The notes under the pieces: model-generated
What the model saw: the letters and a program-made list of their open reading frames with translations, nothing else
What the model was told of the DNA's origin: nothing
The model's database searches: none
Made by a program: the position numbers and the translations under genes
In this document: positions 14,336 through 27,198 of the stretch, in pieces
Layout: each line of letters begins with the position of its first letter
How positions within the stretch are numbered: position 1 is the stretch's first letter
Source of the DNA: Atractiella rhizophila
Lineage: Eukaryota
Assembly (NCBI GenBank): GCA_021432655.1
Contig: MU271181.1
Span: forward strand, 15,189 to 79,188
Direction: 5' to 3'
DNA length: 64,000 nt

Positions 14336-14447
14336 CAGGGGTCGGAGTCAGTCGGAGTTAAAACTGGTCGACCAGTTTTAGTTTTGCACTTCACAAACTG
14401 GTCGACCAGTTTTGGACCAGTTTTAACCCCGACGATCTCCTACCCTG
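14336..14447. mobile_element. 112-bp palindromic MITE-like element
   Basis: Imperfect TIRs of about 33 bp: caggggtcggagtcagtcggagttaaaactggtc versus the reverse-complemented right end cagggtaggagatcgtcggggttaaaactggtc. Flanked by ac on both sides. Confidence 0.7.
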
Positions 14448-14456
14448 ACGCGAATC

Positions 14457-15396
14457 ATGTCTGACGTTTGCTCAGTAGACACCTTAGCTGAACTCTCCAA
14501 ACTCGCAACCTCAGGCTCCCTTCAACCCCCTCGCAAGTTCATTCCTGTCACCCATCTCGACTTCTATGGTGGCGACTTGGAAGAAGCGGTCAATCCTGTA
14601 ATCGTCTGTGATGGGATGCACGCGTTTGGGTTGGAAGAGAAAGAGCCAGAGCAAGTGACTGGCACTAGGAAGAGGAAGAGGAGCACTGCAACTGTGCGAC
14701 AATCAAACACTCAGAAGTGGCGCAATAGCGTGAAGGACGATGGAGATAATACGAGGATGGTGAGAGGATTCAGAAAGATCGCTACTTTATTGACCATGAC
14801 GCGCCGACCGAAGCTAGGCGTGTCAGCTCTTTGTTCCCTTCACATGTGACTAACTTTTGTTCACAGGCTGCATTCCACTTGTCAGAATCCCGACGCTCAG
14901 ATGTACGCCTTTTCTTCCGTTCGTTCATTGGAAAGGCCAAGCACTCACACCCTTAATAGCGGAAATCCACGCAAGAAGCGATGCATGGTCAATGATCGTA
15001 CCGATGTCCCAACCGATGACTCATTACAAAGTTCGTCTCTGCTACCCCTTGATAGCAATTTGCAGCTGATTTTTATATATGTGGGAAAGTGAATCATTCC
15101 AATCGTGGAGATGACAGCAAAGAGCTTACTCGGTCCCTTGTATCCTCGATCGCGATCAAGCGGCAGCAGAACACGTTCGTCTTTATCCACGCATGCCCAC
15201 CAGATACTTATTTACAAATCTTTTCGGAAACAGATTGGCCGCTCGCCGATCATGTGCCAAGAAACAGGAACATATCAGGTCGCTCGAGCAGGAGGTGAAC
15301 AAGTTGATGCACGAGAGGGACACGTGGAAGCAGAAAGCTGAGATGTCCGAGGAGGAGTTACGGTGCGCCACTGGTGCAGACGCGCTCGGAGGCTGA
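14457..15396 (+). CDS. Hypothetical multi-exon gene, possibly decayed
   Basis: ATG-initiated 130-aa ORF with an NLS-like RKRKR, and a downstream coiled-coil-like ORF (KQEHIRSLEQEVNKLMHERDTWK). No recognised domain. Confidence 0.3.
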
Positions 15397-15691
15397 AGCA
15401 ACAGCTATATGGGATTTTTTTTCCTTATGGCGCGAGGACGCCATTTTGTCTCGTGAAGGACTTGGAGAAAGAATGGCTGTTTAACGAGCGTTTGTGTTGG
15501 TGGTGGGATTTTAGTGTAATAAGATGTACAACCCTCATCATTTCGAGCGATGCAGCCCTGTGCTCAATCCAAAGCGGGAGTGTGGTGCAGTCCCTCACAA
15601 CTGCAACCAGATGCCTTCCCTTGCCGGATGCCTTCCACAACAAACCAACTTGAAACCTCATCCTGATCCCATTCGCCGTTATGTCAACCCG

Positions 15692-16000
15692 TGTCAGAAA
15701 TTCACAAGCAGCCATGCCCCCTCCCACCAACGACGATTCAGTTGGCGGTCTCGTCCGACACTCCTTAACGTTCTGGCATTTGCCTGAATCTGCCCTTCGA
15801 GATGACGAGTAGAAACAGATAGAGGATGTTGATTCCGAGGGTCTAAAGGAATGCATTAATGCATTACAATGAAGTTATAATTGGCTTTTTATACCTTGAG
15901 GAACTTGGCAAAAACAAGAGAAACGGCAAAGGGGAAAGAAAACTAGAGCCACAAATGACAGTGGCACGAATGCAGCATAAAACGGTGCCAAACTCTGACA
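15692..16000 (-). repeat. LTR-like repeat, copy 1
   Basis: Bounded by tgtcag and ctgaca. About 15805-16000 is an inverted, high-identity copy of 43117-43294 and includes a TATA box (gtataaaaag). No TSD found. Confidence 0.6.
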
Positions 16001-17589
16001 GAGGATGGTACAATCGATTTCATGGTGCGGAAGCGAAAGAGACAAATTGCAGATAGCAGTGGAGAAAGAGAGTTTTTCGTACTCCTAGCAGACACCGATC
16101 CTCATCTCCACCGCTCAACTCTCCATCCGGCCCTCTCCGTCAAACTCCATACCATCCCACAACGCCAGCGAACAGCTCAGCATCGATTTCTTTTCGCTCG
16201 CCGCCTTTTAGACGTCCATGGCTCCATCAAACTGCAGCTATTATTGGATTTGCCACCTCAGGCCACCAACGCACTTGCAATGGGCAAGGCCCCTTGAACC
16301 CGACGCTAATTCCGGCCGCTCATTAGAGCGGGGTTCGAGTCCAGGGCCTCGCCGTTTGTACCAGCCTCCGCTTACACGGTCTGGGAAGCTGCAAGGGCGA
16401 CTGCCGCTGCACCTCTCTTCTTCCCTCCCATCAACATGGATTCCACCGAGTACGTTTCGCTGATTCACGACAATAGCTGTCGAAGAGACAAAGCGCATTT
16501 GGGGACGCAACTGTAAGATTGCCTGCGTTGTGTCTCTCGGCTCTGGAATTGCACCTGCCGTCAAGTTGGACAATGTCGAGCGAGCTTTGAAGGGCGATAG
16601 CTGCGGATTGCTCAAGGGTTGCAAACAACATCGAGATGAAGATGCAGCGAAGTCAGACGGGCCACTGCCACCGTCGTTTCTCGGTTGATACCTAGCCGGA
16701 ACAGGGCTCTTTTTGAGATCCTTGTCCAACCACTGCCAACGGTGAAAATCATCGACGTCGACCAAGCACCATTGCCTGGGATTGACAATATTTGGGCAAT
16801 GAAAAAACCATACTTCAACCATTCTGAGAGATAATGTATTAATCATCAGCGAGTGATGGCCAAGTAACCACGTCTTGGCAATGCTTTTGCGGCTCGACGA
16901 TGCTTGAACAAAGATTGTAGGAAACAGTTGTAAGATTATATAAAAACCGTGAAGCCACAGCATGAGATCCGAAATAACAATTTTCAAGATCTGATAATTT
17001 CTTAAACATTCGACTCCAAGATGGCACCAGCAGATTCAGATTTGGTTTAAATCGCTTGAATTTTTGTATACCACCTTTACTACAGCCTGTTTCTCTCCCT
17101 GTCGCTCTTCCCGTTCCTTACGTCCTCCTTCTGCCTCGCATCGCATCCCCTTCACGATTTCCCACCTGCTGCTTTCCTCCAGCCTCCAGTGGTCCGCACA
17201 ACGTCCCATTGTTACCAACTGTCGTGGAGATGTCAGGAGCCGAGCGGAGGGGATGCGAGTGGTCGTTCGAGTTGTCATTCGAGTTAGGTCGACAATAGCG
17301 GGGAATTAATGACAATAGACGGCTAATCAAGTGTTAGAAGTGCAAGGTAGGGCGAGGAAGCGACAGCGCACCTGTTCCTCTGCTGTGAGGATCAGTATTA
17401 TGTCGGAGGGACCTGTGGCCAAGGGAAATGGAAGGTTGTAGGTTCGCAGGTTGTGAATTTTCGGATCTAAAATGTGGTTCAGGAGTTTGCCTGGTACGTT
17501 CTTTAGCTTCGTGATATCTCTGTTTTGGGATGCTTACCTTTGACGCCTGGTGCTTCCAGGGTTTGAAACTGTGTTCAAATCAGCAACTG

Positions 17590-18540
17590 TAACCAACCTC
17601 TGATGGAAGGCCACGTACCTTGACAGCCTGATACAACCGGTTCAAGATATGAAGCACGCCGACCAAAACGGTAGGACGCAGGATCTGCATGTCCTCGACG
17701 AGCCGGAGTGTATCACCACAAGCGAAACCGAGCAGACATCCAGGGAGGATTGGGCAGGAAACAAAAGCAATGACTTTACCCAATACCTGCGTGTCGCCTC
17801 AGCTGAAGATTCAGGGCAGGGATGAAAGATGGGGGACTCACACATTGTGAACTCCTCGATGAACTGTTCATAGATGCGGGAGAGAGGGTTGAAACTGAGC
17901 GCAACGTCCTCGGCAGTGTTTATGCCGCCGCTGTAACGAACACGATTGTGAAGTCGTGATCCATCTAGTACAAAAGCACGACGAACTGCAGGTTTCCAAG
18001 AACCGCAGAGGTGACGCTGGCATGCGTGAGGATTGAGCCTTTTGGGGTACCGGTCGTTGCGGACGTGTAGCAGATGGAGACCATATCTTCTGGCTTCGGA
18101 GGGATGTGAGGAAAGGGATTGGCGGCGCCTAAAGCTTCGACTGATGACACCTTTGAGTCAGATATTCACCTCAGAAGAAAAAACGGAGCACAACGCACTT
18201 CGTCGAAGCCCAACACTTTCAGACCCACTTGCCTTCCCCATTCCTTCAACATGTCCCTCGTCTCATGGCTCCGACCTATCCCATTACGATGACACGCCTA
18301 ATGCCGTTGGTTAAAAAGGCTGATGAGTGGACCGGGAGGCTCACATTCCATGTTAACGGTGTGGAACATGATCCATTTCTACGAGGAGGCGTTACTAGAG
18401 CTATGTGAAACCAACAAAGATGTTACTTACACATGAAATCATAACCTTTGTCTCCGAAGTCCTAGTCTATGGTCAAATTCAGCTCAGCCTAAAACGTTAT
18501 AAATGAGACTGACGAGGCAAGTAGCAACAGTCGTTCCGTG
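17590..18540 (-). pseudogene. Long-chain fatty acyl-CoA synthetase (AMP-binding) fragment
   Basis: SICYTSATTGTPKGSILTH (AMP-binding motif, G replaced by A), LSFNPLSRIYE and GDTLRLVEDMQILRPT...LNRLYQ. The C-terminal half is absent and stops are present. Confidence 0.85.
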
Positions 18541-19944
18541 AAGCTATACTAGATAACTCGAGTGAGCAAGATCCTTTTGGTCATACAAAGAGATTATCGG
18601 AGAACTATTGACAGGAACGAATTCTGCAACCAACATGAACCAACGTGAGTGCCTGCTCTGATGACCTGATATTGTAGAAAGAACTCCAACCGCTGAAGAA
18701 ATGATACAGGATACAGTTCTTCGATATAATTAAGAAGAAATCCCCAGTGAGGACGTCGGATTATAATGTGAAAGATAAGAGGTAAGGCACGAACTGCTAG
18801 GCTATTCATTTAGGAACGCTCCAAGGCATCTAGAAAGGAGTCATTACAGCTGGTACCTTCGTGACAATAGGGAGATTCGCTCACGCTCAAGCTCTGTGAA
18901 TTTGGTAGAGAACTTACGGATATGTGGAATCGCACTCGAAGACATTGAACATCCATTTCATTTCTCTCGCCACAATATATCTTTTGTTAGCAGAGAAATT
19001 GAAGTCGGAAATACGTACATGCCGAAGATGTGGCAAACTTCAGCGAGTTTCACGCGTTGGTAATATGGCTTCGTTTGCCACCCATTCCGAAAACTCAGAC
19101 CTCAGCTTTTTGCTTCATTCCCGCACCACAGCCCATAGTACCACGCCTTCTCCATTGCATACTCCGCCCCCTACTAGCCAGACAATCTTCACACAGCTGC
19201 TCACCTACAGAGACAACTTCATCCTATCCAACCAGGATTTTGAGATAGACTTCGCTTCCTACCAGCTTCATCGCAGAGTCACACTGGCATTAGAGGGAAA
19301 ATCAAGAGTGGAAGGAATGGGAGAGGATCGTAATGGGGAGGGGTCGTCGTTTTGTTGACGTCAAACATCTGTGCGAATTAAAAACATAAAAATTGTGAAA
19401 CGATAATGACAAGAGTCTAAGCACTATTGCGGCAATTGTTACAACACTTGGGTACTTTTTATTCAGTGTTGTCTCTCAATTATTTCCCCGTGCACCATAT
19501 CATAACTGCTGTCATGCTTGTCATGCTTCGATGTTTGATTCATTCAAGCAATCTTGTGAGACTTGAATCTGCCAGTCCGAGTTCAATTGCCTTCAAATTT
19601 GATTCACAGGAAGAATATATTTAAACATTTGATGGTGGTGAAATTAAAAGGGTGTGTTTTATACTGGTGGAGCTGGAACAAAGTATGTGCGTATCATGGT
19701 GCAATTCGTTGCGGTGACAAATGTCTGGTGCCTCCCATGGCCAATGGGTTGCAATGGACCAATAGACCAGTGGTTCAGGACGCAATCACCCTAGTGCTAG
19801 CTCAAGCGCAATGTTGGGAGCAGCGGCCTCTCAGACTGCATTGTGTAAACTTTGTTTGTTATGCGTTTTTCCGTTGTAACAGTGCTAACAGCCTCCCAAT
19901 TTAGTCATGCCTTTCTTGCCTAATATTTTCCAGTCCGGTCTGTC

Positions 19945-22900
19945 TAGGGATGCTCAACGGGACGGGTCGGGTCGTAAACCCGTACGGGTTCGACGTCGTT
20001 TTTGACGTGCGGGATCTGAACAGTGACCCGTGTTACTCGCCCGCTTTGTTAATGGGACGGAGGACGTGCGTCGCGCCAAAGTTGTGTACCCCGTCTTCGT
20101 AAGTCCTTCGTCAACAGTCCAATAGGTTCTGACCTGACAACATTACATGGAAGCTCCACGATGTTCGTTCTGCCACCCATTCCCAGTCCTTGGACCTCCA
20201 GAACATTCTTCCCCAACAATGTTACCCCGGCCTCTCCTCTCGACCTGCCGTTTCCCAACCAAAAAGTCGATAAAAGGAGGCAGACCTCTAGAGCTTTTGT
20301 CATTCCCGCAAAACGGTCTATCAACATGGTGTCCAAAAGGCCAGCTCGACAAATCAAGATTGTAGACATGGTGAAGCGGAATAATGAAGAAGGAACTGCC
20401 ATCAGTAAGGCAGAGAAAAAGAAGCATGAACGAGAAGCGTATGTCTATGTCCCTTGACGATTTGTCCTGTTCATTGACTATTAATTGTGTGATAGGAACT
20501 CAGACATTCCTGGATACAAGGAGCTTGAGGTTTTGATGGCAGCCGCTACAACGATAGCACATGATCAAGATTATGTGTGTTATTTCACTTGATCCGGTAA
20601 TTTTCACACATCAAGTATAGACTACTTCCTGGCTTTATACAACATGCAAACACCTTCAGACCCAGCTGTCCTCCAAGGATGAAGACAGTGATTGCCCCTT
20701 CCACCGTGCCTTCTCTGGATACCGCCCCCAGTCTTCAGCAGATTCCGGTTTTCGACGTGGGCTCAAGAGCCTCAAATCTGTTTGGGATGGGCTGTGTGAA
20801 AGTCAAAAGACATATGGCATCCCTGACTACCTTGTTCGATCTCGAAAGGCTTCATTGTGTGCGGCTGCCATCCATTTTCACAACTTCCTCGCTGCGGATT
20901 TGATAGTTAATGAGATAGGAGGGGATGGCGGCCTTTTCGTCCTTTCTTCAGGTGAGGAAGATGCTTTGGAGATGGATATCAGTGAAGAGGGAAGCGGAAA
21001 GGGAGAAGATGAGATCAAGGTCTCAAACGAGGAGGTGGCCAACATGTTGCCAACAAAGATATTCAAGAAGTCATGGAAGCGCAGTCAGGTCCGTCCCCTA
21101 TTCTGCTCACAGTAAATTGAATCCTCTCACAGATCCAAGCACAGCTTGTCTCCACAATGACGCCTCACACTCCTCTTCAGATGTGCATTCAACAGCGTAC
21201 GCGCTCTAAGGTAGATACATCCTTTCCAGTATGGTTTGGTCTCTCTCACTCGTCTGATGTAGGCCAACATTCGACGCAGTGTCACCATCCACAATTTCTT
21301 CAAACAAGTCTCCCAAGATTCCGTGCCCAAATGGGTCAGGAAAGGACATGTCCAAGGAGACAAGTATTATCAATGCAATCACTGCGACTACATGTCTCGA
21401 GTGACAAAAGCAAGCCATAATAACTATTCTGTTCTCGAAAACCATCTGAAGACAGCCCAAAATCATAAAGGGGCTTATGCCCTTTACCAAAAGTTCAAAC
21501 TTATAGGAAAGCGGGAAGTTGATATTTCTCAGGAGGATATTGACAAAGCTGCAGGCCGCATTCCCGTTTGTTCTTCGTTTGACTCGTTGTTCTATGAGTT
21601 ATTAATACATTTGACAGATTACGGAGGCAGACAGGGAGAAAGCGAAATTACAGGCTTCATCAATTAAGAAGATGATGAACCGGCTGATGGAGGAGTATAA
21701 AAGCCAAGTATGTATTCTATTCCGCCTGATTCATGCTGACGATGTTTAGGCCTTTGATCAGCAAGTATTTGATGACCTTTTAATCAAGTATATTGTCAGT
21801 ACCGACCAACCATTCACAAGTGTCACCTCATCTGAATTCCTTGAGCTTCTCCTCTGCCTGCAGTGGACAATCCCGATCTCAAAACATCAAGAGTTTCCTG
21901 CTCTGATGGATGGCTCCGTTCTTGATGAGGATGCTGAGGATGAAGGTGAAGATGAGGTGATGGAAGTCGATGAGGAGAAGAAGGGATTGAAACTACCGAG
22001 CCGCCATACTATGAAACGAAAGGTTGTATTGATGGCGGAGGATGTTAAGGAGCATATAGGACAGAAGTTACAGGTATGTGCTTTAACTGAGAACTACGAA
22101 TGTGTACCATGTATTCATTGCTTGGTTTCTAGGCACTGAATACAAAGATACACCTGGCGCAAGACTTATGGACCTCTGACAATTGTTATGCCTTTTTGGC
22201 CATTGTCGCTTCATTCATCAACGATGACTGGGTCTTAGAAGTCCCAATTGATTTTCAAGAGCTTGAGGGATCACATACTGGAGAGGCTATCGCAGCTGCA
22301 ATCATGAAGACGGTCAATGATTACGGTATTGTTGGGCAGGTATAGACTCTCTTTATTTTACCAGCAAAATAGAATCTCATGGTGCTTTTCCAATCATAGC
22401 TAGGATGCATAACTGCAGACGGCGCATCAAACAATACAACGGCAGTCGAAGCTATTCAGTCCCGACTGCTTCACCGCAATATCCCCTTCAATGCAAAGGA
22501 ACGATGCATCTACTGTGCTCCACATGTCATCCATCTCGCGGCGCTGGAGCTCTTGGAGATTATGGGGTGCTTTTCCTGAAAAGGAGAATGAGGCTAAAGA
22601 TCTGGTCGCATGGCAAGCGGAGGTAACCAGGAAGGTCAAGATCGGCGGTGGAGGTCTGCCGTTTGAAGACAATCCGGATACTGGGGTGCAGGTCGGAATG
22701 GTGAAGGAAACCATTGCAAAGGTATGCCTTTACTCACTTGTTACATTGCTGAATGTGTTCCACTCCAGCTTCGATCTATCAGTAAACACCTTCGTCTAAC
22801 ACCTCAGCAACGTAAATCATGGTTCAAAATACTTGAGGAAACCCTTGATGGGCTTGGAAAATGTTCAGATGAAGAGCTGAAGATTCTCATCCTGGACGTA

Positions 22901-24253
22901 CGTGTTCGCTGGTCGTCAACACATGACATGCTTGTGCTTTGCCTTCGATATCGAGAAGCGATAGAGAAATATGTGGATCAGTGTGGGTTGGAGCGGCAAC
23001 GTTTGACGAAGGCAGAATGGGACGGGGTAGGGGTGGTTACTACCTGGCTCGAGTCCTTTCGTAATGCCACACTCGAGATGTCAACTACCTCCTCTCCATC
23101 CCTCTCTTCAACCCTAGGTGTGTATTAAGGGCTTATGGGAGAGCTTAAAGAGGCAATCACAGAGATGTGTCCTACTATTCCGGAGGTGTTCAGGGACGGC
23201 TTAGTAAATGCTCATACAAAGTTGAGCACTTACAACGCCCTCTTGTATCAATCTCCTTATCCACTGTGGTCTGTTTGTAAGTAGTTTTCTCTCTGCCCTC
23301 ACTTCCCACTCTCACGCTGTCCATCGTAGTTCTTGATCCTTGCCTGAATCACCACTTTTTTGCAAACTCTGTTTTCGACGAATACCGAAATGCAATTGAG
23401 GCGAGCAAAATGGCGTTGATCAACCATTTTAAAGTCAACTACCTGCGCAAAGGTCGTTCATCACCATCAAACAGCTCCTCTCCTACCGCATCCTCCAAAC
23501 AAATGACACAGCCAGCACTTTCTTACGCAGCAAAACTCATGCAGAAGGCCAATCAGCGAATCAAAGCAGTCCAGGAGGATGAGAACAAGCAACCCAATAT
23601 CTGGTTTAGCCTTCCTCTGCAGGACTGGACAACGGATCCCTTAGAGGTTTACCGAGTGAGGTCCAAGACTGATTTGAAAGAGTGGTCCCAAATGGCAAGG
23701 GACATTCTTTCTATTCCTGGTTTGACTTTTACTATTATCTATTCTGGGTTTCAAGCTGACCAACGTGATTGCACAAAGGATGCTCTGTTGCTGTGGAGCG
23801 TGTGTTCAGCGGAGCGCGTGACACGATCGGCATCCGTCGTGCACGCCTTAAACCGGACACCATTCAAGCTCTCATGGTTCTTAAGGCTCAGTTGAAGTTG
23901 GAGAGAGATGAGAAAACGAGGGAACTGAAGGTAGCCCTGGCTGACACTGCTAACGGATCTTAATCGACATTTATGAAGTTTATATCCATTGTGTCATTTC
24001 TTCCTCTTATTCTTTCGCTTCCTCTGCATCACGTTGCTTGCTTGCTTCAGCTTAATAAACTAGTACACATCTTCAAAATAGAATAGAGTATTGCAAGACG
24101 CGACACGTGAACCCGCTCTAGACCCGTAACCCGTCGACTTGACGTGTGACTCCACCTTTGGAACCCGTCTTCATGCACCTGCCCGCCTTCAGTCGACGTT
24201 GAGAAACGTACGGGTTTCCCCCTCGTCCCGTAACCGCACGTTGCCCATCCCTA
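19945..24253 (+). mobile_element. Complete hAT DNA transposon (hAT-2), 4309 bp
   Basis: TIRs tagggatgctcaacg and (reverse complement) tagggatgggcaacg match 13/15. Perfect 8-bp TSD ggtctgtc at 19937-19944 and 24254-24261. Subterminal cccgt/acggg repeats. Confidence 0.97.
20326..23963 (+). pseudogene. Multi-exon hAT transposase with BED finger
   Basis: BED finger CNHC...LENHL; LAQDLWTSDN, TADGASNN, PHVIHL, DVRVRWSSTHDML and SVAVERVFSGARDTIG. In-frame TAA at 23126-23128 (GVY*GL). Confidence 0.92.
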
Positions 24254-24852
24254 GGTCTGTCTAGCCGCCATTTTCCAGCTACATCTTATCTTCGATGCCA
24301 TCCATATTTTGAATGCAGCCATTGCAATCGCAGATATCCATATCCCTACGCCGTTATCAGTGTGCACCGTACTCTCTCATGTGCAATGTCTCAACGTCCA
24401 TACACATCATTTACTTTCGATTATGCCGTCGCCGTTACTTCGCTCAGCAGTGCAGCCATGACGAGGGATTGGTTTGAATTCTCTCCCATACTTTGCTTCA
24501 AGTTGTCTTTGTGATCTTGGTTACATTTAAATGCGATGGATTGGTTAAACACTTGAATGTTACTTTGACAGTTGAAAATGAGGCCCTCTGTTCATTTGAG
24601 CTCGGAAACTAAAGCTGGGAAAGAATAGGAGAATTTGAAGAGGGTTGCTTGACATCTTGAAATTTGGACGTGATGGCTGAGAAGAAATTTGGCTTGAAGC
24701 AACAACGTAGAAATGAAGTTAAACGTTGACACATTGTAACGAGTTTAGAACAACTAAGAGCATTTCCTGCTAATGAAACTACAAACGACATCAAACAACA
24801 ATCAGCCTAGAGTGACAGTAACCTCGCGATGGGGACTATGATGCGACTTAAA

Positions 24853-26761
24853 CTATACATCGTTATCGTCCTCTCCGTCTTCCATCATCTCAATGAGGAA
24901 GTCATCAAAGTCTTTATCGTCATGTTCGACTTGTCGGAAGCGTGCTGTCTTTTGCTTGTGGAAAGCTGGTGGCGGCAGCTGGAAACCCGCTCTTTCGATC
25001 TCAACATCGCTGTTATTTAGAAAGGCTTGGACGAGGTTGGATGATCGGACGTAGCCAATGTCCTATGACAGGATGAGATAAGGGTTCAACCGGGTAACAG
25101 AGACATACCATACTTCCCATCACAACCATACAGGCTTCAATCCTGACACCCATCAACGCCCTGTCTGCTAATAAATTTCCATTCCATTCCGCACTCCCCT
25201 CTTTGCTTTTCCATCCGTCCAGCACAGTTGATCGAGTTGAGTTCCTTCTCCAGCAATTTGGCCAAACGTTTTCATGATGAGCTCCTTTCCAGATAGAGCA
25301 AGACGATCGTCGCCCGTCTTGAGTGATTTTCGGCTAGGCAGAATCAGTTTGAACGAACTCTTCTTGGATTTGAGAGTGGTAGTCTGCCCATCTTTCTTCT
25401 TCGCCTTGTCAATGAGGTTCGTCCTATCCTAGAACCGTCAGCATCACCGTCTCTTTTCGGTCCAGATGCGACCTCACAATTCTGATTGGTAACCTTGACC
25501 AGTTGAACTAACAATCCAGCCTGTAGAAAGTAGGTAGAGTCGGCAGGCATTAAGGAAGATGTTCTGGTATTCATTTCTACGACAACTAATCTGGGAGCGA
25601 ATATTGTCCTATATAAAGCTGAGCAATCTTTAAGCCGAATAATGTAGGACATACGTAGAAAGACCCCCTCTCCGGGAATCCCAGAGCAACATGACCTTGC
25701 CCCTCCCCGATCTGCTGCAAGCTTCCGAGAGTTTGATCAACCCCTCCAACTTCATAAACAAATGTCTTTAGAAACATTGCCTTATTGAATGTTAGAATCT
25801 GTTCATTGTAGTACTGTTCCTGCTCAAGCCGTTAGCAGGACCAATATTAATAAAGAAAACTTACAGGCAGATAAACCTTTCCTTCCGTAAACTCCATCGT
25901 AGCCCTCCCACTTTCGTCTGCCCAGAATCCATCAAAATCTAAACCCTTCTTCTTCACCCCCTTCTTCAGCACCTGAGCAGGCGCATCCTCATTAGACTCT
26001 TCTCGCTGAGTTCGCGTGTTTGGCAATTTTTTGGTTGAGTTAATCTTCTTCCGCTTTCTCAACGGCATCTCCTCCTCCTCCTCCTCTGGTTCTGAATTCC
26101 CCTCCTCATCACGATCCCGTTGCATTCTTCCATGTTTCTTTGTAGACAAGGGCGGCGCTTCATTCCATTCGCCTCCTCTAGCTCCTGTAGTGCTGGCATG
26201 AACTGATGGTCTTTTGGCACCACCAAGATTGAGAGCAGCCTTTGGCGGCCGCCTCTGGAGTCTTTCGGGCTCCATGTGCATCTGGGGAACTTCTTTTGCT
26301 AGGAGAGATTGCGAGTTGCCGTCATCCTCTTCGAAAGATAGAGAGCGTATGCGTAGCTGACCCGTCTGGTACTCCGTGATTTGTTTGGTGTAGTGACTTT
26401 TGATTGACTGGTAGTAGACAGCAAACAGATTATTCAACTCGTTCTCTGCTTTGATAGCAGAAATTTCATGCGTTCTAAACATACTAACAATACTCTGAGC
26501 CTGGGAGTGAAAGCATCTTTCAAACCCTGTCATTCAACAGTAAAACGAGCTCACTGTTATAGTCTGTACTTGCATAACAAACTCTCCAATCTTGTCCTCA
26601 TATTCATCTCCAAGATCACGATAGAGGTCTTCAATATCAATAATGACATCCATCGCAGTGCAATCCTCCCCAGCGCCATCCTTCTCGAATTTCTTTACCA
26701 CCTTTTCTGCAGCCTTTTCGACCTCTCGAGGACTTGGGGTGTGATTCTTTTTTTTGCGCAT
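24853..26761 (-). pseudogene. Unknown multi-exon, probably nuclear protein, divergent from the CMC-like transposase
   Basis: Linked ORFs 26534-26761, 25847-26533 and smaller pieces, with plausible GT..AG introns (about 26569-26527 and 25107-25063). NLS-like LRKRKK and an acidic C-terminus ending DDNDV*. Frameshifts in the 3' half. Confidence 0.55.
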
Positions 26762-27198
26762 CTGCTAAGTATATAAAGGAATAAGAGACGCGTGAAGTGA
26801 GTGGTGGTTGCTGATGTTGACAAGGCGTGTCGCGCGTCATAGAACTAACAAGTTGCCATGATCGAGGAACACTTAGTGAAATCGGATGAGAGAGAAGATG
26901 AGATGATACGTTCCGAAAGCTCACACAATGGAAGGAGCATACATGGCAAATGCTTAGTTACAAGTTCTACAAGAAAAAAAGCCTTATGAGATAGTCGCAC
27001 AGACCGTGCTTCCCGTATTCGCAATATCGGCAGGATGGCAGCTCGTCTGTCGAAATCAGTCAAACGTGTCCCTAACCTACCTCGCTTTCGTGAGTTTTTC
27101 TATCTCCCATCCTGTGGTATCTTTAAAAGGTCGAGTTAGTGAAGAATCATGACACTGGCACTTCGCCAGCTCAAATACCTCCCTCACAGGACACAACA

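Noticed and set aside
16241..16987. 248-aa minus-strand ORF
   Set aside because: Non-ATG start and no recognisable domain.
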